Positions 57,546 to 64,000 of a stretch of 64,000 nt of DNA are shown piece by piece (position 1 is the first letter of the stretch; every line of letters starts with the position of its first letter). Origin of the DNA: an uncultured Veillonellaceae bacterium (GTDB lineage: Bacteria > Bacillota > Negativicutes > JARBTT01); contig CAWDTA010000004.1 in assembly GCA_963805085.1 (NCBI GenBank), positions 128,001 to 192,000 of the forward strand, read 5' to 3'. A model generated the notes under the pieces. That model was not told where the DNA came from and searched no databases. It saw only the letters and a program-made list of their open reading frames with translations. The translations under genes and the position numbers were made by a program.

Positions 57546-57860
57546 GACTAAAGCCTATCAGTTAATGTTAATAGATAAAGGCATTATCCCAAGTATGTCA
57601 CGAAAGGGGAACTATTGGGATAATGCCTTAGCCGAAAATTTCTTTAGTCATTTTAAATATGAGTGTTTACATATTCGTAAACGAGCAATAAATTCATATG
57701 AAGATGCTAAAGAAATTGTAGAAGAATATTTATATTATTATAATAATGAACGTTTTCAAGCTCGGTTAAAGGGGATGTCTCCCGTTAGTAATAGAAATCA
57801 ACATAAAAAAAAATGTTATTTTCTATATAGGGATAGTGTCCGGATTTTTGAAGCACTGCA
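57546..57860 (+). mobile_element. IS3-family 3' fragment
   Basis: SMSRKGNYWDNALAENFF; end GTGTCCGGATTTTTGAAGCACTGCA. Confidence 0.85.
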
Positions 57861-57876
57861 CAATGTCCCCTTGTCC

Positions 57877-58194
57877 CTATATCGTTTTATTTTCTGCGAA
57901 ATTATTCCAGTCGAACTTTGGATAATCCATCTTTTGGGCTTTGATTTCCTCCTCTAATGATTCCTTATATATTTTCGCATAGGTAATTTCTCTAAACTCT
58001 TCTAATGAAATTTCGTCAGCTATTTCATTGACCTGACCAACTAGCGAAAAATTATATATATTAACTGCATCTTGCCACTTGATCATCACATATTCTTTGC
58101 AATCTAAATCTGTAAGCAATTTAACTGTAAAATCAGTGTTCTCTACTTCCTTGGCAATAATCGTGTCTTTTGGTGTTCTATAGATTCTATACAT
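57877..58194 (-). CDS. hypothetical acidic protein
   Basis: 105-aa ORF with GAGG RBS, overlapping the upstream small ORF. Confidence 0.6.
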   Translation of the reverse strand: MYRIYRTPKDTIIAKEVENTDFTVKLLTDLDCKEYVMIKWQDAVNIYNFSLVGQVNEIADEISLEEFREITYAKIYKESLEEEIKAQKMDYPKFDWNNFAENKTI

Positions 58195-58369
58195 TTACAG
58201 AACCTCTGTTTTCCCAAAAAACATATCTTGTCCCTTGTAAATAGAATGAACCTCTCCCCTTGGTTGTGGCGAGGAGGCTTCCTCGCCACACGCTGGTGCG
58301 ATACCTTGCCCATAGCTTTTTACTACCTTGTACTGTTACCAATTTATTTCCCCCTTCATCATTCTGCAC
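58187..58369 (-). CDS. small hypothetical protein
   Basis: AGGGGG RBS before an internal TTG; 8-nt overlap with the next ORF. Confidence 0.35.
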   Translation of the reverse strand: MQNDEGGNKLVTVQGSKKLWARYRTSVWRGSLLATTKGRGSFYLQGTRYVFWENRGSVNV

Positions 58370-58428
58370 GTGGTTTCTTCTATCCGCTGATGCAGATAGA
58401 AAAAACCAACATACAGTTTGTTTCAGGA

Positions 58429-58523
58429 GAAATTAAAAAAGCGCATGCGTGGGTTTTCCAACCTACACATGCGCTATACTTCATCTTGATTGCATGCAGA
58501 CGCTAAGCCTCTGCCAAAACTTC
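58429..58523 (-). ncRNA. candidate small RNA or leader 1
   Basis: TGGTATAAT extended -10 at 58530-58538; 15-bp stem GCGCATGTGTAGGTT/AACCCACGCATGCGC followed by U6. Confidence 0.5.
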
Positions 58524-58591
58524 AATCGTATTATACCAAGCGAACGGACTATCTCCCTTGTAATCAAGGGAAAAGCACGGTATAATAAATT

Positions 58592-58691
58592 GTCGTCGTA
58601 GACAGCTAGCTGTTACGTGTAGGTGCTCTTTCACCTGCTCGTGCCTGAGAGTGCTTCAACACTCTCGGGACACGGCGACTTTTTTAATTTC
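58592..58691 (+). ncRNA. candidate small RNA 2
   Basis: TTGTAA-N17-TATAAT promoter; 5' GTCGTCGT can pair with 3' ACGGCGAC; internal hairpins; ends in U6. Confidence 0.55.
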
Positions 58692-58860
58692 CACCTTATT
58701 CCTTAATTATATTACATTTCTTAGCGATTGCAAGTAAAAGTAAAGTGAAATATGACTTTTTATCGCAAAAATCATGTTTTTTTATTGTATTCTTTAAATT
58801 ATCTCCAACGATGAGGGGACGGAATGCAGTTGTCTTGCTATTGTATAAAATATAAGCAAT

Positions 58861-59043
58861 ACAGATAAATTGACATAAGAAAATCTTCCAATCAAGGCAT
58901 CACAGACGAATCTTACTATAATGTAGCTTTGAAGGCTTTCTGTTTGACCGAAGGGAGTTTAGCCTTCATTGCGGTCTTGGAATTAGCACTCACCTATGAT
59001 TCGTCTTTTGCGGACTTGCAGTTTTTCGTTGCAACTTATCTGT
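58861..59043 (+). repeat. nested ~180-nt hairpin element with GACCGAAGGGA cap
   Basis: ACAGATAA/TTATCTGT, AGACGAATC/GATTCGTCT and TGAAGGCT/AGCCTTCA nested stems. Confidence 0.65.
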
Positions 59044-59088
59044 TTTTTTCAGCATAAAACTTTTATCTCTTTCGATAATCTAAACTCT

Positions 59089-60315
59089 TCACTCAGCAAA
59101 ATTCCCATTTTTAAAAACAGCAACTTCTTTCCCCTCATAGGTCACACCAATGATATCAAGATCTTCTGTCCCAATCATAAAATCTTCATGAATCAGTGAA
59201 TCATTTACACCAGCTTTTCCCAACTCGGCTGGTGACATCGTATCGCCGTTTTTGATACAAACTGGATACGCTTTACCGAATGCCAAATGGCAAGATGCAT
59301 TTTCATCAAATAAGGTATTATAAAACAAGATATTTAAATTAGAAATTGGCGAATCATATGGTACAAGGGCAACCTCACCTAAATAACTTGCACTATCATC
59401 AGCTTCCAGAAGCTTTTGTAAAATCGCCTGCCCTTTTTTCGCCGAATATTCAACGACTTTACCATCTTTAAACTTAAGCTTAAAGTTCTCAATCAGATTT
59501 CCATGATAGTTCAATGGTTTTGAACTCACGACGGTACCGTTAACGCCATTACGTTTTGGCATACTAAAAACTTCTTCAGTCGGCATATTGGCAATGAATT
59601 CTCTACCTTCTGGTGTATACTCTGCGCCACTAAGCCAAATATGACCTTCCGGTAATTCCACCGTCAAATCTGTACCAATGCTATTTTTATATTTTAAATA
59701 TTTAAAATTATAATCATTCATTCTATCTTTACTTTTCTTCAATGCTGCTTGATGCTTTACCCAGGCTTCCACTGGATCACCTTCGCCCACGCGAACTGTT
59801 TGTAAGATAGCCTGCCAAAGTTTATCCACCGCTACTTCTACACTATCGTTCGGGAATATCTTTTGTGCCCAAGCCTTAGTCGGAATAGACACTACGCACC
59901 AAGTATTTTTATTGCTCATCATCCGTTCACGATATTCTTTTAACGCATTCCCACTCACTTTTTGGGCACGAGCAATCCGATCGGGATTTACATCCTTTAA
60001 AATTTCTGGATCAGATGCTGCAATCGAAACAAACGCTGCATCTTGTCTTGCATAACCTAGATAAAATTCTTTACGCCACTCTGGAAACTCATCAAAAACT
60101 TCTTCTGCTGCTTTGTTAAAACGAATTTTATTTAATATTTCATCATTCCAATTCACAACGACATCTTTTGCTCCCGCATCATAAGCAGCCTCCGCCACCC
60201 GACGCGCAAAATCAGCGCATTCAATTGGTGAATTGATTACAAGAATTTGATTTTTTTGAATATTAACCCCTGTTTTCACTATTAATTTTGCGTATTTTTC
60301 CAATTTTTCGTTCAC
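59089..60315 (-). CDS. aminopeptidase, M29 family (PepS/AmpS)
   Basis: ANMPTEEVF, LGEVALV, NTLFDENASCHLAFG, HEDFMIG motifs. Confidence 0.95.
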   Translation of the reverse strand: MNEKLEKYAKLIVKTGVNIQKNQILVINSPIECADFARRVAEAAYDAGAKDVVVNWNDEILNKIRFNKAAEEVFDEFPEWRKEFYLGYARQDAAFVSIAASDPEILKDVNPDRIARAQKVSGNALKEYRERMMSNKNTWCVVSIPTKAWAQKIFPNDSVEVAVDKLWQAILQTVRVGEGDPVEAWVKHQAALKKSKDRMNDYNFKYLKYKNSIGTDLTVELPEGHIWLSGAEYTPEGREFIANMPTEEVFSMPKRNGVNGTVVSSKPLNYHGNLIENFKLKFKDGKVVEYSAKKGQAILQKLLEADDSASYLGEVALVPYDSPISNLNILFYNTLFDENASCHLAFGKAYPVCIKNGDTMSPAELGKAGVNDSLIHEDFMIGTEDLDIIGVTYEGKEVAVFKNGNFAE

Positions 60316-60644
60316 TACGAATTCCTCCTAGCATCAAACTTCTATATAATATAACACAAATACCAATAAATGATACTTCACCTGCATTTATTCTATACTT
60401 AGATATAAAGTTTTGCAACCACATGGAGAAATAAGCAGTTCGAACCTTTTTCAATTCTATACAAACAATTTCCTTACAAAAAATATCCGCGCAAGAGTGC
60501 AACACGGTTTATTCGTTGCCTCATGAGCGGATATCTTACTCTACCTCCCATGTATTTTTAATATTATTTGTAACTTTACTACAATTATATTAAAATGATA
60601 AGAATATACTGTAATGAATCATCAAGATAAAGGACTGATACTAT

Positions 60645-61808
60645 ATGATTGATATCTATAAATTAGCACAAAAACATCATGATTGGGCAGTAAGTTTACG
60701 TCGTTATTTCCATACCCACCCGGAAATCAGCGACAAGGAATACAATACCCAAAAACACATTATTCAAGAGCTAAAAAAAATTGGTTTACAACCAGAGGTC
60801 AAAGCCACCACTGGAGTTATCGCCGAATTAAAAGGCGCGCTTCCTGGCAAGACCATTGCGATTCGCGCTGATATTGACGCTTTGCCAATCATCGATGAAT
60901 GCAATACCGAGTACCAATCACAAAATCATGGTGCTTGCCACGCTTGCGGTCATGATGGTCATATGGCAATACTGCTCGGTACGATAAAAATGCTCGTTGA
61001 AATGAAAGCAAAACTCGCCGGTACCTATCGTTTTATCTTTCAACCCAACGAAGAAGAGTTCCCTAGCGGTGCTGCGGCAATGATCGCAGCTGGCGCCTTG
61101 AAAAATGTCGATGCGATTATCGGCGCACATATTTGGCAACCAGTTCCATTTGGCACTATCGGCATTTCCTACGGTAATTTGATGGCAGCGCCAGATAAAT
61201 TTAAACTCACGATCAAAGGAAAAGGCGGTCATGGTTCCATGCCCCATCAAACCGTTGATCCAATTTTAATCGCCGCCCAAACCGTTATCGCCCTTAATAC
61301 CATCGTCAGCCGCAACATTGATCCCCTTGGGCTAGCGGTCGTATCTGTCGGCGCTATTCATGCTGGCAATGTATTTAACATCATTCCAGAAACAGCAATG
61401 GTCGAAGGCACTGTTCGCACCTTCGACCAAAAAATCCGTGAACATGTATTTGCGCGCATTGATGAAATCAGCAAAGGCATGTGCCTCGCAAACAATGCGA
61501 CCTACCATTTGGAAACTTTAATGGGGCATCCTGCGATTGTAAACCACGAAAGTTATGCAAAGGTCATTGAAGCAACCGTTGCCGAGTGTGGCAGCGATAT
61601 AAAAGCAGAGATAATTCCACCAGTGATGTGCGGTGAAGATTTTTCCTATTACCTCCAAGAAGTGCCTGGCGCATTTTTCTTTATCGGCACAGGTACAGAC
61701 ACCATCACCTATCCACATCACCATCCAAAATTTGATATCAACGAAACCTGCATCCTCCACGGCATGGAACTCATGACCAGAAGTGCAATTGCCTTAGCAA
61801 CCAAATAG
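60645..61808 (+). CDS. amidohydrolase, M20D family
   Basis: RADIDALP, HACGHDGH, FQPNEE, GGHGSMPH, EDF, HHHP motifs. Confidence 0.94.
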   Translation: MIDIYKLAQKHHDWAVSLRRYFHTHPEISDKEYNTQKHIIQELKKIGLQPEVKATTGVIAELKGALPGKTIAIRADIDALPIIDECNTEYQSQNHGACHACGHDGHMAILLGTIKMLVEMKAKLAGTYRFIFQPNEEEFPSGAAAMIAAGALKNVDAIIGAHIWQPVPFGTIGISYGNLMAAPDKFKLTIKGKGGHGSMPHQTVDPILIAAQTVIALNTIVSRNIDPLGLAVVSVGAIHAGNVFNIIPETAMVEGTVRTFDQKIREHVFARIDEISKGMCLANNATYHLETLMGHPAIVNHESYAKVIEATVAECGSDIKAEIIPPVMCGEDFSYYLQEVPGAFFFIGTGTDTITYPHHHPKFDINETCILHGMELMTRSAIALATK

Positions 61809-61809
61809 T

Positions 61810-62265
61810 CTATCTCACTACTTCATCTAACGCCCATAAAACAATACCTAAATTTACAGCTTCATTTCTCATATCGCGATATATGTTGTCAACGTCTCGG
61901 TCGACTTTACGCCAATAAACATCATATTTACGAGCGATGGATTTATAGCTTTTACCGCTTAATTTCATGCGTAAAACATCTTCCGTACTCAAACGACCAC
62001 TTACATCAGCAATTTTTTCCGCTGTGATAAGATCACGTAATGTTAAATTATTTTCGCGTAAAAATTTCATATGATACTCTTCAACATGAACACGATCCAT
62101 AACAATACGATCACGACGATGTTCATATCTACTATCATGTCTTTTGTCGTATCTATCGTGTTGTTCATGATTATTATGTTCCGCAAAACCTGTTACTGGG
62201 ACAGCCGCTACGCTAAAACAAGTCATCATACCCCATACGACTATTTTCTTTGTAATTTTTTTCAT
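61810..62265 (-). CDS. hypothetical exported protein with His/Arg/Asp-rich repeat
   Basis: signal peptide followed by HDRYDKRHDSRYEHRR repeats. Confidence 0.7.
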   Translation of the reverse strand: MKKITKKIVVWGMMTCFSVAAVPVTGFAEHNNHEQHDRYDKRHDSRYEHRRDRIVMDRVHVEEYHMKFLRENNLTLRDLITAEKIADVSGRLSTEDVLRMKLSGKSYKSIARKYDVYWRKVDRDVDNIYRDMRNEAVNLGIVLWALDEVVR

Positions 62266-62377
62266 TCTAAAACCTGCTTTCGTTCTTATTACGTACTTAT
62301 TATGTAGCGCTAGCACGCTTTTATTATAACTGTCTGGTCAGTCAATAACTATCGGTAAATGTTACCACAGAGAACAA

Positions 62378-62420
62378 TAGCAGTAAGATCAAAGTTACTT
62401 ACTCTGATCTTACTGCTATT
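62378..62420 (-). terminator. terminator after ABC transporter
   Basis: TAGCAGTAAGATCA...TGATCTTACTGCTA 14-bp stem. Confidence 0.7.
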
Positions 62421-64000
62421 TTAGGTTCCTTTATGCATGGTCCAACCACCCAGTCCATCTAGCACTAACTTGCAATTATGATAATCAGCGATACTTTTAC
62501 GATGCCCAACACTTACGATGACAGTGTTGGGCATTTTTTTGATCACTAAGCTATACATTAAAGTTTGATTGTCATCATCAAGTGCCGAAGTTGCTTCATC
62601 TAAAAATAACCACTCTGGTTGTTGGAGTAATATGCGAACAAAGGCAATCCGTTGTTGTTCTCCTAGTGAAAGAAATTTGCCCCAGTCCCCGACTTCTTCT
62701 AAACGCGCGGCAAGATAACTAATACGACAAAGTGTTAACGTTTCGACCAATTCTTTATCACTTACTGTATAGTTTAGATAAGGATAGATAAGTGCTTTAC
62801 GCAAAGTATCAATCGGCATATAGGGCTTTTGCGGCACAAATAAGCTTTGCTCACTTTGCGGAGCTATAATATTTCCCTTCGCATAAATCCATAATCCTGC
62901 TAGGGTACGGATCAAGGTACTTTTTCCACAACCAGACGGTCCTGTAATCAACAAACGACTCCCCGCTTGCAAAGTAAAATTTAAATTTTTGATCAATACT
63001 TGCCCATCTGGTTTTTCTACTACAACTTGCTGCAGTGCTAAGCTACGGTTAGCATTACTCCGGTCGGGACCTTGTAATACGTTTTTTTCACCTTGTTTCT
63101 CTGCAAACTCCATACAAACAATAAAATTATTGAGTCGATTGACAACAGCACGCCACTGAGCAACACGTGTAAAACTATCAATAATAAACGACATTCCTGA
63201 TTGCACATGATTGAAGGCATCAATAATCTGAAACATATGACCAAGGGTAATCCTCCCACTAAAATACCGTGGTGAAGCAACAAAAATTGCAAAAATCACT
63301 GCCGCATGCGCATAACCAGTCGTTAACCATACCAACTTTTTACGAATCTGAATAATTTCTTTGAAGTTATAGACAAGATATTGAAAATGCTTTAGACAAT
63401 TAAAACGCTCTGCACTTTCTCCACCGTATAAAGCAATACTTTCCGCATATTCACGTACCCGAACCAGACTATAACGAAAATCCGCTTCATATTTTTGTTG
63501 GTCGTAATCTAGTTTGATTAATGGTGTCCCAATCTTCACCGTAAAATAAGTCCCAATCATCGCATAAAAAAGTGCCGCCCAAACGAGATAGCCATAAACC
63601 GGAAACTGTATCGTTCCGATGGAAACCGTAATAATCTCTGAAATATTCCACAAAATGACGATAAAAGAGCACACCGTTAAAACGTCCTGCATACATTCTA
63701 AGGACAAGCGCAAAGTTAACGCCACAAATAAATCTACATCCTCACTAATTCGTTGATCTGGATTATCCGCATCATGCCCACCATAAAGCTGTAAGCGATA
63801 ATAAATTTTATGTTTTAGCCAGTACGATAGGTATTTATCGGTGAGCCACTGCCGCCAATTGATATGAAGTAGTAGCCGAAAATAAGTTTGACTACCTTTC
63901 ACTGCAACCAAAATCACAGCAAGGAGCGCATAAAAACCAATTGCTTCAATAAAGCCAGCTTGATTATGGGATTGAATGATATTATAAAAAGTTGCCTGCC
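62421..64000 (-). CDS. fused ABC transporter permease/ATPase (YddA/ABCD-like), 5' end outside the window
   Basis: DNPDQRI, EADFR, ESIALY, GPSGCGKS, LSLGEQQR, LDEATSALD; frame open to window edge. Confidence 0.92.
   Translation of the reverse strand, partial: QATFYNIIQSHNQAGFIEAIGFYALLAVILVAVKGSQTYFRLLLHINWRQWLTDKYLSYWLKHKIYYRLQLYGGHDADNPDQRISEDVDLFVALTLRLSLECMQDVLTVCSFIVILWNISEIITVSIGTIQFPVYGYLVWAALFYAMIGTYFTVKIGTPLIKLDYDQQKYEADFRYSLVRVREYAESIALYGGESAERFNCLKHFQYLVYNFKEIIQIRKKLVWLTTGYAHAAVIFAIFVASPRYFSGRITLGHMFQIIDAFNHVQSGMSFIIDSFTRVAQWRAVVNRLNNFIVCMEFAEKQGEKNVLQGPDRSNANRSLALQQVVVEKPDGQVLIKNLNFTLQAGSRLLITGPSGCGKSTLIRTLAGLWIYAKGNIIAPQSEQSLFVPQKPYMPIDTLRKALIYPYLNYTVSDKELVETLTLCRISYLAARLEEVGDWGKFLSLGEQQRIAFVRILLQQPEWLFLDEATSALDDDNQTLMYSLVIKKMPNTVIVSVGHRKSIADYHNCKLVLDGLGGWTMHKGT

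Overview
Low-GC chromosomal window from an anaerobic Firmicute, most consistent with Negativicutes (Selenomonadales/Sporomusaceae-like, inferred from gene content and order). Most genes lie on the - strand. Core content: ctsR-mcsA-mcsB-clpC, radA, carD, yacL, ispD-ispF, a PRD-regulated Ula-type PTS/transketolase/deoC operon, fabK, cdd, an EAL-CBS-GGDEF protein, a gluconate cluster, one rRNA operon (16S with a ~100-nt helix-6 insertion, tRNA-Ala, 23S, 5S, plus a second damaged 5S), thiM-thiW, ade, topB, azlCD and peptidases. An accessory island at ~50.25-58.85 kb holds an intact REP-associated (Y1/HUH) tyrosine transposase with flanking inverted repeats, a group II intron 5' fragment, a decayed trans-AT-type PKS (KS0-TE), an MFS transporter, IS3 debris and a back-to-back pair of candidate small RNAs. 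Degenerate copies of the transposase repeat recur at the far end of the island. Most notable non-coding signals: five dispersed copies of a ~120-nt hairpin element (in gene leaders, rRNA spacers and an IS1182-like MITE), a second family of GAnCGAAGnGA-capped hairpins, and duplicated terminators flanking insertions. Also noted: a SpeD homologue lacking the pyruvoyl serine and three genes that appear to start at ATT/ATC. All calls are by eye, without database searches or folding software.
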